64,000 bases of DNA from Sedimentisphaerales bacterium (GTDB lineage Bacteria; Planctomycetota; Phycisphaerae; Sedimentisphaerales; SM23-30), in the NCBI GenBank assembly GCA_963666285.1, contig OY762711.1; one strand, written 5' to 3'. The translations under genes were made by a program, and so were the position numbers. The notes below the pieces were generated by a model. That model did not search any database. It was not told where the DNA came from and saw only the letters and a program-made list of their open reading frames with translations. Positions within the stretch are counted from its first letter, which is position 1, and each line of letters opens with the position of its first letter. This document shows, in pieces, positions 38,170 to 47,925 of this stretch.

Positions 38170-38808
38170 TTACCTGTTGTACTTACATATTGTGCGTAAG
38201 TATAGTACAGCAAGTATTGCCCCGATTATATCCGCTATCAGATCCAGCGAGGTATTGATATAATCACCCACACCGGATTCAGGAACTGCCAGTGTAACAA
38301 AAAACTCCAAAATCTCATTGACAGCACCTATCCCCAGGCCTGCCATCGCAACTATCAGCCATAGACCAAAGCCTCTCGCGCCGTCTTTTAATGATGGTTT
38401 TACTAGATGATAGCAGAGCAGGGTGGTTGTACCGAAACCCCAGATATGTACAAACTGATCAAACCGGAATATTGGCAGACTGTTACTTAACGGTACCAGG
38501 ATTAGCTCGTATAGCCGTACCTCTCCGACCCTGACCGCTCCGCCTGCCATATGCATTATCGCCCACACTGTCAATCCGGTAAGCACATCAACCGGATAAC
38601 GTACTTTTTTATATGTCGCCGCCACCAGGATAAACGCCGCCAGCACAACTGAAAGATAGATGATAAATTCATAGTTCAGCTTAGAAATGTAATATATCCC
38701 GAACCCCAGCATATTAGCAATATTTATTATCGCCAGTGCAATTACTGCCTTGCTGAATATTGTCCCTTCAGTTGTTTGTTCTTTTTCCATTTTTTTCTGC
38801 TTATTCAA
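38170..38808 (-). CDS. DUF2238-like inner-membrane protein
   Basis: FDQFVH, GAVNEILEF, DLIADIIGA; multiple TMs. Confidence 0.65.
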   Translation of the reverse strand: MNKQKKMEKEQTTEGTIFSKAVIALAIINIANMLGFGIYYISKLNYEFIIYLSVVLAAFILVAATYKKVRYPVDVLTGLTVWAIMHMAGGAVRVGEVRLYELILVPLSNSLPIFRFDQFVHIWGFGTTTLLCYHLVKPSLKDGARGFGLWLIVAMAGLGIGAVNEILEFFVTLAVPESGVGDYINTSLDLIADIIGAILAVLYLRTICKYNR

Positions 38809-38829
38809 TTTTACCGGTTTTATATTTTA

Positions 38830-39068
38830 GTTTTCTCCCGCAGTTTTTAAGATGCAATAACGAAGTGCCTCTGGTAAATCGCCTAAAAGGGCCTTCCTGT
38901 AACGCTTATGTTTTAAACAAAGCGAGAGACGATAGCGAATTATTCCTGATGTCAACGTACATCAGGACACCTTAATTTTTCATTATTCGTTTCTCACTTA
39001 GGTGGTCCTGTTTTGATCTTTGCAGATAACGTTGAACAGTTAAAAGTGCGATATCGCACTTTTATTTT
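38830..39068 (+). ncRNA. Unclassified structured intergenic element, copy 2 (REP-like modules in its middle)
   Basis: Homologous to 21000-21200; ends in the perfect hairpin AAAAGTGCG-ATAT-CGCACTTTT. Confidence 0.55.
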
Positions 39069-39101
39069 GATGTAATAGATTTAAGGTTGCCTCCGAAGTT
39101 G

Positions 39102-39461
39102 TCAATTTCTGTAAAAAATATCAAAATCATGGCTCCCTGTTATCGGCCACAATACCAGGAAATGATGAATCAGGTCGCTCAATACCATCGCTGAACCAAT
39201 AATGATACAGTACGGCATAAGTTTCAGCCATTTTCCCTTTAACAGCAGGCATCCGATCAGCATCAACAAACCAATATACCCATGATGGATACGTATCCCT
39301 CCTGTTATCACACCAACCGTAGATGCCGTATCACGGGTCGATTCCATATGCAGCCCAAACCGGAAAAACGCTGTGATCCCTTCAATTACAACAGTAAGGA
39401 TTACTGTCCATATCAAAATCTTCAATTTAGTAAATTCCATGGAATCTTTTTCATTTTTCAC
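39102..39461 (-). CDS. Hypothetical membrane protein
   Basis: Three hydrophobic segments; His-rich motifs IHHGY and DLIHH. Confidence 0.7.
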   Translation of the reverse strand: MKNEKDSMEFTKLKILIWTVILTVVIEGITAFFRFGLHMESTRDTASTVGVITGGIRIHHGYIGLLMLIGCLLLKGKWLKLMPYCIIIGSAMVLSDLIHHFLVLWPITGSHDFDIFYRN

Positions 39462-39472
39462 TGTTTATAGCT

Positions 39473-39570
39473 GTTTACTTTCGCACTTTTTAAGTTGCGA
39501 TAAACGCCTAAAAGGGCCTTCCTGTAACGCTTATGTTTTAAATCAAGCGTGAGCCGCAAGGCGAACACTT
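39473..39570 (+). repeat. Degenerate copy 3 of the structured element (internal deletion, no 3' block)
   Basis: GTTTACTTTCGCACTTTTTAAGTTGCGATAA-CGCCTAAAAGGGCCTTCCTGTAACGCTTATGTTTTAAA. Confidence 0.75.
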
Positions 39571-39604
39571 CAAAACTTCTTCCTTCTCGCTTCTGTCTTC
39601 TAAC

Positions 39605-42600
39605 TTATTTATTATATATTTCCAGCATCCAGTTTTCACTCATAGTCTGAACGTCTTCCATTTCATAACCGTTCAGCCAGTTTTCAGCCAGTATGCCAAA
39701 GTCAGCCAAATCAACTTTCTCATCGTTGTCCAGGTCGCCCTCGATTACCACATTTTCATAGCTCAGCCAAGGATAACCATAACCATCAACAACCTGCCAC
39801 AGATCTTCGCTGCCGTTTTCGGTCTCTCCGATCATGTCCCAGCCTGTCTCACTGTCATACCAGAATTCAGCGTCTGAACTGATATTCTCGCCCCAGTTGA
39901 CTGCATTTGGATTCGGTCCGTAGTAACTTCGTTCCGGGCTGGTAAACAGGCTGTAGCCGGTTAGACCGCCGAAATTGTCATATGCTGACACTTTCGCATT
40001 GGAATAGCAATTTGTGATATCTGACAGCTGCCAGCCGCCGGCCAAACCGCCGACATATTCCACGCCGATAACCTCACCGTTAAAGCAGCTATTGGAAATC
40101 GAACCATAGTTTAATGTTCCTGCCAGCCCGCCAACGAAATCTGAACCTATAACGTAAGCATCGCGAACAGCACAGTTCTTCAACTCTCCGGCATAAATCT
40201 CGCCTGCTATCACGCCGGTAAACTCGCTGCCAAGTAGCGTTTGTATCGTAGGACTGTACACTGCCAGGTTAGATACCCCCGCTGTATAGTCATCTTCGCT
40301 GTCAACATCTACAATATATCCAAAGATGCCGGCGATACCGCGAACACCTGACATTGTATAATTGCTTATTGAATGACCATCACCGTTGAATGTGCCTGTA
40401 AATGGATTGTCGACGTCATGCCCGAATAATGGCTTTTCAAATTCCATGCCGGTCAGGTCAATATCAGCACTCAGCTTATAATGCAGTCCCGGCAAATCGC
40501 CTGCCAGTAGAAAATCTACATAACTGCTCAGCAGGTAAGGGGTTTCCAATGTACCTTCTCCGCCGCCGAAATAGTACAGCATAAGCAGCTTAGGTTGTAT
40601 ATAACCGTCTGCCATCAGCCATGAACTGTAAGGGGCATTGCCAAACACCCATCCTGCCGATTCGAATATGCTCTTATCCAGCATCTCCGAGGCCGTCAGA
40701 CCTGTTACTCCGATTCCGAGACTATTGTCGGTACTCACGCCGCTCTCTGATAAGCTCCAGAAACAGGATGTCATACTACCGCTATTCAGACCGCTAAAGC
40801 CGCCGTAGATTATATCTGTTGGCACTGACATTGAGCCGGTACTGTAGCAGTAGCCGATTACACCGTTATTTGTGCCGATAAATCCACCGGCATTATCACT
40901 TGTAGCCATTACCGTTGCACGCGAATAGCTGTCATAGATGCTGCCGTCGTTAATTCCGCACAGCCCGCCGATATCGCCTTCACCTGATACCACACCCTGA
41001 TCGGTGTAGCAGTTCATGATTACTCCGGCATTCTCGCCTACAATCATTCCAACGCCGCTGCCGCTGCTGTTCAGCGTTGTTTGACTTACATAACTGTATA
41101 GGATCATACTGTTGGTCAGGTTGCTTCCCGCCAGCATACCGGCAACCCCGTCAGTATCAATTGTTCCGCTTACTGTGCAGTAATATATATTGCAGCCGTT
41201 AGTTCCTACCAGTCCGCCGCAGGCCCCGTCATAACTGTCCGAAATTATATCAACTCCGGTCAGATTTAGATCAATTATCTCGCTGCTGATCGTATCGGAC
41301 TTGTCGGTATAGCCAAATATTCCCGTGGCGTCACCGCTGCTGTTTATTACATAATTTGATATTGTATATCCCTGACCGTTAAAATTGCCGATAAACGGCA
41401 CTGATGATGTACCGATACTGTTATATTCACCTTCCAGTGTACTAAGATCTATATCATGTGTCAGTACAAAATAATCTTCCATTTGCGTTGAGATTTCCGA
41501 TATCATATCCAGGTCAAACGCAGTCGATATCTGCCAGGGCGAGCTTGAGGTTCCGCTGCCGCCGCTATAGCCGTAATCTTCGCCTACCGCTAATATTATC
41601 GTTGGAGAAGCATTATTGTCTTCGTCCGATTCATCTATCAGTTCTACCGCATCGACAAACGCTTTCATATAATATATCCCGTCTGACTCCGGTATTTCAA
41701 TGGTAAATGTCCCTGACGCATCATCTGTATATTTGGCTATGCTTAATGTACTGTCCAGTGAAGTTGCTATTACTTCTGCTGTTGACCAGTTTGCATCAAT
41801 ACTGCTCGCAATCTTCAACTTTGCATTTACACCTGTTACAGCTGCCGTTCCTTTATTGCTGACTAGAATCGTTGCCTTAAAACTTGTTATTCCGGCTTCG
41901 GAGCTTAGATATTTCTTAGCCATCTTACACGTCAGGTCTGGCGCATCCAGCACACTCTTCACCGTTATCGTATATTCCGGGATCTCCATGTCATTTCCAG
42001 GCTCGTTTACCTTCAGGTAATAAGTGTCTTTTTCAAGAATTACATCCCAGGTATATTTATTCGTCCCGGTTGTCGAATTATCAAAGTAAAGGGTTTCGGT
42101 CGCTTCCGGGTCATAAACATCATCTGTTCGGTACAGTCCCAGCTTGATTAGCGAATTACAGGTTATCTCCACCGTAACCTTTGATTTATCTGTAACTTCA
42201 AAATACATATAATCTACGTCTGCGACAGGTTCGATCGAATAGGTGGACTTAGTTCCAAATATTAACTCTTTGGCGTCTTCCATAGCATCGTCCGGTTCAT
42301 ACGAATCTAATTCATAGGTGTGCACACGTACTGATGATGATAGGTTATTGTTTTCATTAGACTCGCTTAACTCATCTTCGCTGTCGACTATCACGGCATA
42401 ATACCTGTCGCCCAGGTCTGCTGTGACTGGTTGGAAACTGAACAGCTCACTGTATTCCTCCTCGCCAACCAGCGATATTCGGCCATTCCGACCTTCTACT
42501 GCCGTATAACTGTCTGGATCACTCAAGTCTATTGTATCTGTTGCCGCCGATACCAGTTGATAACTGTAAGTTCCCGATGATATCACCGAATTATTTACCA

Positions 42601-44539
42601 TTGTAAAATTAATATCGATGGTATTTGTACTGTTCTGCAGTATGTATATAGTATCCAGGCTGTTCAGTTCCACAGCAACATCCGGCAGTATCTTATCTAT
42701 CTCTGCCGCCAGGCTGTACTGCATTACAACTTCATCATCCGGCTGATATATCTTTAGGTAATATGTCGCCGCACTCAGCAGAACTGACAGCTCCGCACTT
42801 CCTTCGCCCTCGGCTTCGTTCGGCGATACATCAGCTTCCGTTCCGTCTGCATTATACAGCTCCATCACCAGGTTCGTCTCATAGCTGTTTGTCAGCGTCA
42901 GGGTTACATCGCTTGTATCTGCTATTACCAGTTCTATCCAGTCTATATCTGTTTCCGGATATATCGCCGCCGTTCGCGGAAAACTTGCTCCTTGTCCGGT
43001 TACATCGCTAATGCTGTCATCATCTTCCCAGGCCTGAGCTTCAAATACCTCAACTTCCAACTCCGGCCCCCAGTTATTTGATGTATCGCTCTCTTCATCA
43101 ACGCTTACTTTCATGCAGTAATAGTATACTCCAACATCTGACTTGGCTGGCAGCTCGATATCAACGCTTTCGCTGTCGCCTGCGGCCAAATCATTTATAT
43201 CTTCATCTGTAAATATCATATATGGATCATTCTCATCCGCAATCTCATCCCAGTCAGCATCTGCCGTGGTTGAGGTATAGATATTTACCGAAATTGTATT
43301 AGAATTGTCGAAACTGCTTATATTGCTGAGCGTTACAGGTATCACGATTTCATTGTTCAGTACATCATCATGATGGCTGTCATAAGTTATCGTTAAATCC
43401 GGCAGGGAGGCTAATATCGGGTAATCACCGCTGTTTATTGTCCAGACCGCTGTAAAATCCCAACCGATATCTGTATAGTTCTCTTCATCCTGCATCTCGA
43501 TTGTACTATATCCTAGAACATTGGTTACTGTACCGCCGTTGTTCAAACCTACTCCTGCCGTAGATTCACTTACTGTATTATCCCAGATACAGCTGACTAT
43601 TGTGCCGCTGTTTCGTGCTACAATACCGCCTCGCACCTGGTTTGAACCTGTCGCACTAAAAGTCTGGGTTCCAACCGCATAGCAGTATTTCACATTCGCC
43701 AATGACGAACAATAACCTGTTATGCCTCCGGCCTGCGTTGTCCGCACCTGAACATTTGCTATTGCATAACAGTTTATTATGCTGCCGTTATCGCCATTGT
43801 ACCCGGCTATACCGCCGGCATTATTTGTATAACTCTCAATGTACCCGCCCGGAGCAGTTTCCACATAGCTTTTGCTTATCAGCCCGCGGTTTATACCCGC
43901 TATTCCGCCTATCGCATTACTTCCACCGTAGATATCCATATTCGTGGCCGAGCAGTCTATTATCGACCCGGCCTCAACATTCTCGCCGACTATGCCGCCC
44001 AGCACCCATCCGGCATTAATCGCGCCGCTTACATGGCAATTTCGAATTGTGCCGCTATTCCTCGCTGCGATAAATGCGATATAACCCTTATTGTACATGG
44101 ATACATCGCCATTCTCTATCCAGAGATTTTCTACCAGCCCGCCGCTGCCAATATAGCCGAACAGGCCAAAGTCATTATATTCGCCTTCGTTCAGACCGCG
44201 AGAGTAATTGAACCCGCTTATTGACTTACCGTTTCCATTAAAATAACCCTGAAAGACATTTGTTGAGCTTCCTATGGGCTCTAAGCTGTTTGCGACACTT
44301 AATATGGATATGTCATTTACTAAGATAAAATAACTCGAAAAATCGTCCGAATTATCGCTTATTGCTAATAGATGGGCTGCGGTTTTTATCTGATATGGAT
44401 TGGCTTTCGTTCCACTGCCGCCGCCATACTGGCATAATGCCTTTCCTGGTAAGATAGTCAAAATAGACAGAATTATACATATTCGTACTATAAATACAGA
44501 CTGATTACCCCGGGTTACCATGTAACGCTCATTTTTCAT
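39605..44539 (-). CDS. Secreted GLUG-repeat protein (3 modules) with CARDB-like and PPC-like domains and a dockerin-like C-terminus
   Basis: GSGTKANPYQI-type starts, PDL...ESxExNN CARDB-like units, YEPDD...DVDY PPC-like units, GDLDNDEKVDLADFGILAENWL. Confidence 0.82.
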   Translation of the reverse strand: MKNERYMVTRGNQSVFIVRICIILSILTILPGKALCQYGGGSGTKANPYQIKTAAHLLAISDNSDDFSSYFILVNDISILSVANSLEPIGSSTNVFQGYFNGNGKSISGFNYSRGLNEGEYNDFGLFGYIGSGGLVENLWIENGDVSMYNKGYIAFIAARNSGTIRNCHVSGAINAGWVLGGIVGENVEAGSIIDCSATNMDIYGGSNAIGGIAGINRGLISKSYVETAPGGYIESYTNNAGGIAGYNGDNGSIINCYAIANVQVRTTQAGGITGYCSSLANVKYCYAVGTQTFSATGSNQVRGGIVARNSGTIVSCIWDNTVSESTAGVGLNNGGTVTNVLGYSTIEMQDEENYTDIGWDFTAVWTINSGDYPILASLPDLTITYDSHHDDVLNNEIVIPVTLSNISSFDNSNTISVNIYTSTTADADWDEIADENDPYMIFTDEDINDLAAGDSESVDIELPAKSDVGVYYYCMKVSVDEESDTSNNWGPELEVEVFEAQAWEDDDSISDVTGQGASFPRTAAIYPETDIDWIELVIADTSDVTLTLTNSYETNLVMELYNADGTEADVSPNEAEGEGSAELSVLLSAATYYLKIYQPDDEVVMQYSLAAEIDKILPDVAVELNSLDTIYILQNSTNTIDINFTMVNNSVISSGTYSYQLVSAATDTIDLSDPDSYTAVEGRNGRISLVGEEEYSELFSFQPVTADLGDRYYAVIVDSEDELSESNENNNLSSSVRVHTYELDSYEPDDAMEDAKELIFGTKSTYSIEPVADVDYMYFEVTDKSKVTVEITCNSLIKLGLYRTDDVYDPEATETLYFDNSTTGTNKYTWDVILEKDTYYLKVNEPGNDMEIPEYTITVKSVLDAPDLTCKMAKKYLSSEAGITSFKATILVSNKGTAAVTGVNAKLKIASSIDANWSTAEVIATSLDSTLSIAKYTDDASGTFTIEIPESDGIYYMKAFVDAVELIDESDEDNNASPTIILAVGEDYGYSGGSGTSSSPWQISTAFDLDMISEISTQMEDYFVLTHDIDLSTLEGEYNSIGTSSVPFIGNFNGQGYTISNYVINSSGDATGIFGYTDKSDTISSEIIDLNLTGVDIISDSYDGACGGLVGTNGCNIYYCTVSGTIDTDGVAGMLAGSNLTNSMILYSYVSQTTLNSSGSGVGMIVGENAGVIMNCYTDQGVVSGEGDIGGLCGINDGSIYDSYSRATVMATSDNAGGFIGTNNGVIGYCYSTGSMSVPTDIIYGGFSGLNSGSMTSCFWSLSESGVSTDNSLGIGVTGLTASEMLDKSIFESAGWVFGNAPYSSWLMADGYIQPKLLMLYYFGGGEGTLETPYLLSSYVDFLLAGDLPGLHYKLSADIDLTGMEFEKPLFGHDVDNPFTGTFNGDGHSISNYTMSGVRGIAGIFGYIVDVDSEDDYTAGVSNLAVYSPTIQTLLGSEFTGVIAGEIYAGELKNCAVRDAYVIGSDFVGGLAGTLNYGSISNSCFNGEVIGVEYVGGLAGGWQLSDITNCYSNAKVSAYDNFGGLTGYSLFTSPERSYYGPNPNAVNWGENISSDAEFWYDSETGWDMIGETENGSEDLWQVVDGYGYPWLSYENVVIEGDLDNDEKVDLADFGILAENWLNGYEMEDVQTMSENWMLEIYNK

Positions 44540-45633
44540 AATTTTCGCATCCTTGCAAAAGTAATTTAGCTCTCTTTAGCTTCACTACAGCCGATATCCA
44601 TATCAGCTCACTCAAATAATTATCAATTCAATGTGATGGATTAGTCTCTTAATATTTTTGTAAGATATCTTAAGCCAATCTGTTATATTAGATTTTTATT
44701 AAGTCTGCCGATTTACGGCATTTCTTTCCTAATACCTAAATACTAATACCTAATACCTTTCAAATTGGCCATCGGGCAGTTTGAACAGATAATATTATAC
44801 CATCATCCTTAATGATAACAAGAATAATAATTTCTGTTTTAAGTCTAATAAATTGAATGATTTAGACACCGTTGTGCTTCTCTTGACCGCTCACAAGCCT
44901 TATTTAGCTTCAGCAATCTACGCATAGGGTATGGTTCTTTTATCACCTGTTATGCCCGTGATATACCTGATTTTATATATTTTTGACTTAAAAACGCAAT
45001 TTTTACTGTTACCTTCGCTGCTGGTTTGTTATAATCGATACAAATCTGATAACCTTATCTGGTTTTATAAGCTTGTAGCTTAGTCAGAATGAGAAGTTCT
45101 TGGAGAGAAAAGAGGCCTTTCTGGTGTTTTCCGAGTCATCTCAATCAAATTTGCACATTGGAAAATGTTTGTTTTTTGCAGATTAATTAAAAATTTAATT
45201 TCTAACGAATCATTATCAGTAGATTAGCTTGTTTTTAGTTTTTTATTGCTATTATTAGCAATCGCATTTTCTGTATTTTGTGTAACTGACATAGCATTCA
45301 AATTTGTTGTTTGCTAATCACTTTTTAAAAATTTAAGTAAGAACAGCAAGATGAATCCAATTTTTTGTTTAGCATGCTTTTAATGCTTTCAGGTAAAGGA
45401 GATGAGCGTTTTTTTCACTTGGCTTTCGCTCATTCCTGCACTTTGATGTATGCTGGTAAGCAATTTTTTGGGTTACATCAAATCGTATATATCATGGAGG
45501 GCTGGTATAGAGCAGCTTTTGAAATTTATTATCTATTTTTCCTTAGATTGCTCTGAGACTTTTCATTTAGCTTGAACTGCCTGAATCAGCCTGCATATTT
45601 TTTAGATTAAAAACTACGTTTCGGAGTGGAGTA

Positions 45634-47052
45634 ATGTATCTGATGCACAAATTATTTTTGCTATTATTGTTTACCGTAGCCAACTGTACCATTGCCGCAA
45701 CTGCTGCCCTTACCGGCAGCGGTACTGTAGATGACCCGTATTTGATACAAAATAATGATGATTTCTTCTTTTTTGCCAACCAGGACAACAGCTTTCTATG
45801 GGAGCAGGGCGTTCATATCAGGCTGGATGCCGATATTAACCTCAAAACACATACTTTCAGCCAGGCGCCAATTGCCGGCGATCCCGATGAAGATACTGGT
45901 TTTGACGGCTTACGATATTCTGGCTGTTTCGACGGCAATGGCAAAACTATCAGTAACTTAACTGTTGACTGTCCCAGCTATGCAGGGCTTTTCGGCGTTG
46001 TCAGCAGGTTCGGTTCGGTTTGTAACCTGACCATTACCAATGCCGACATGTCGTGCAAAGGCTATTATGGCGGCAGTATCTGTGCTTATAATTTCGGTAT
46101 TATCAAAAACTGCTTCTCTAGCGGATCTGTTTCCGGTTCTGACGAGGCCTATTATGTTGGCGGGCTTTGCGGTTATTCCGAAGAAGATACTTCAATTCTC
46201 GGCTGCAAGGTTGATATGACAGTTACCGGCATGCAGTTCGTCGGAATTCTTTGCGGCAGGAATTGCGGCACAATGATCGACTGCTTTTCTGACGGTTCCT
46301 CTACCGGTTTACTTTTTGTCGGCGGACTCTGCGGCAGAAATTCTGGTACTATTAACAACAGTTACTCCACCGGAAAAACGTCCGGTACCGGCTACTCCAA
46401 TTCGGTCGGTGGGTTCTGCGGGCATAACAGCGGCATAATCAAAAGCTGCTATTCTACCGGAAATGTTTCTGGTATGTACTATGTTGGCGGGCTATGCGGC
46501 TATAACAAGGGCGGTACTATCAGCTTCTGTTATACCAGCAGCATAGTAACCGGCGAATCTTATCTCGGCGGACTGCTGGGGTTCAATTCCAGCGGCAGTG
46601 TCGATGAATGTCTTGCTGATGGCGATGTCACCGGCAACAGTTATTCTGCCGGACTCTGCGGCTTTAACTCATCTGGCAGTATTAGCGATAGTTTCTGGAA
46701 TATGGAAGCGATGGAAGCTAATGTCGGTTATAACGAGTCATCAACAAAGCAGGGCAGTGAAACCAATGTGCAAGGTATTACCAACGATCAGATGCATGAT
46801 ATCAATACCTTCCTTAAAGCTGGCTGGGATTTTGTTAACGAAACCCAAAACGGCACAGATGATATCTGGCGCATGCCTTATGTTATTGACGCGCCGATTC
46901 TGTCATGGCAGCGTGATATACCCGGAGATATTACCGGCACTTACGGTGTCGATCTCGAAGACTTCGCCGTCATCTCAAAGGCCTGGCAATCACAGTACAC
47001 TATTATAGACCTGCAAACCTTTGTTCAGAACTGGCTCGCCGGCCTCGAATAA
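45634..47052 (+). CDS. Secreted single-module GLUG protein with a dockerin-like C-terminus
   Basis: GSGTVDDPYLI, VGGLCG repeats, DIPGDITGTYGVDLEDF...NWL. Confidence 0.85.
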   Translation: MYLMHKLFLLLLFTVANCTIAATAALTGSGTVDDPYLIQNNDDFFFFANQDNSFLWEQGVHIRLDADINLKTHTFSQAPIAGDPDEDTGFDGLRYSGCFDGNGKTISNLTVDCPSYAGLFGVVSRFGSVCNLTITNADMSCKGYYGGSICAYNFGIIKNCFSSGSVSGSDEAYYVGGLCGYSEEDTSILGCKVDMTVTGMQFVGILCGRNCGTMIDCFSDGSSTGLLFVGGLCGRNSGTINNSYSTGKTSGTGYSNSVGGFCGHNSGIIKSCYSTGNVSGMYYVGGLCGYNKGGTISFCYTSSIVTGESYLGGLLGFNSSGSVDECLADGDVTGNSYSAGLCGFNSSGSISDSFWNMEAMEANVGYNESSTKQGSETNVQGITNDQMHDINTFLKAGWDFVNETQNGTDDIWRMPYVIDAPILSWQRDIPGDITGTYGVDLEDFAVISKAWQSQYTIIDLQTFVQNWLAGLE

Positions 47053-47082
47053 TAACGGGATTACTTAAACATAAATAATTTC

Positions 47083-47124
47083 AAAGCCGCATCGGAGTAG
47101 CTTATCTCCTTTGCGGTTTTTTTT
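47083..47124 (+). terminator. Intrinsic terminator
   Basis: AAAGCCGCA..GGAG...CTCC..TGCGG followed by T8. Confidence 0.75.
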
Positions 47125-47364
47125 ATCAATGTTTGTCCGTTTAGCTTTTTTCTATTCTTAACAAGCCTCCCCATATCCCTAAAACTATCTTCGCCTAGCA
47201 CGTATTCATCTTCCTCCTGTTCTACTGCTCAACTGTTCTAATCTCTACGACTTTCGGTCGTTCGCGTAGCACGTATTTTCTGTTAGCTGACTGCTGGTCG
47301 CTCGCAGCTGGTAGCTGTTTGCTGCTTGCCTGCTTGCCTGCTTGCTGTTCGCTCGCCGCTCGCA

Positions 47365-47523
47365 GCTGACTGCTGATTGCCTGTTCTACTATCACCTGCT
47401 CTAATTTTAAACAAGCCGTGAGACGATAGTCGAACACCTTAATTTTTCACTTTTAATTATTCATTTTTCATTTAGCGTAGCTCGTAGCTGTTCGCTGCTT
47501 CCCGGTAGCCCTCGGTTTCAACC
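47365..47523 (+). repeat. 159-bp direct repeat, left copy
   Basis: Matches 52957-53115 with 7 mismatches by manual alignment; ends in a GTAG-led palindrome. Confidence 0.9.
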
Positions 47524-47925
47524 GGAGGGGAGGGAAATTAGCTGCGTTTTTAATTTATTTAGCACACTATTTTACCTAAATCATATTTATTAGCTATTTT
47601 AACCTGTCTGCATATCATTTTTGTGTTTTTGACGATGTTTTAAAATATCTTGCATATAACTCTTTGATCTTTTTGGGTTCTTATATATAATAAATCACTA
47701 ATAATTGTTTAACGATAGGGTATTTAAGGAATCTGAGAGAAAAATGAATAGAGTGCGTAATTGAGCTGTTATATTACTTGGTCATCTTCTAGATGCAAGG
47801 CCGGCTGTGCTTTATCTATTTTTTGTTTCTAGTCATTTTATACAAGTTAGTAAAGTAAAGACATTGTTTCTTTAGTGAAGTTTGTAACTCTGGATATAAA
47901 TATTACATAAAAACTGGAGATTGTT

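Noticed and set aside
38830..39570. Repeats between small co-oriented genes as integron attC sites
   Set aside because: No RYYYAAC...GTTRRRY boundaries at the expected positions, and the integrase at 56267 looks like a tRNA-targeting type rather than IntI.
44540..45633. 1.1-kb gap between divergent GLUG genes as a hidden gene or RNA
   Set aside because: Only AT-rich sequence, a short CTAATAC run, one 19-nt motif and a weak 63-aa ORF; consistent with divergent promoters.
47222..47437. 71-aa minus-strand ORF
   Set aside because: It is a translation of heptamer-like and REP-like repeats with low-complexity A/S/Q content.
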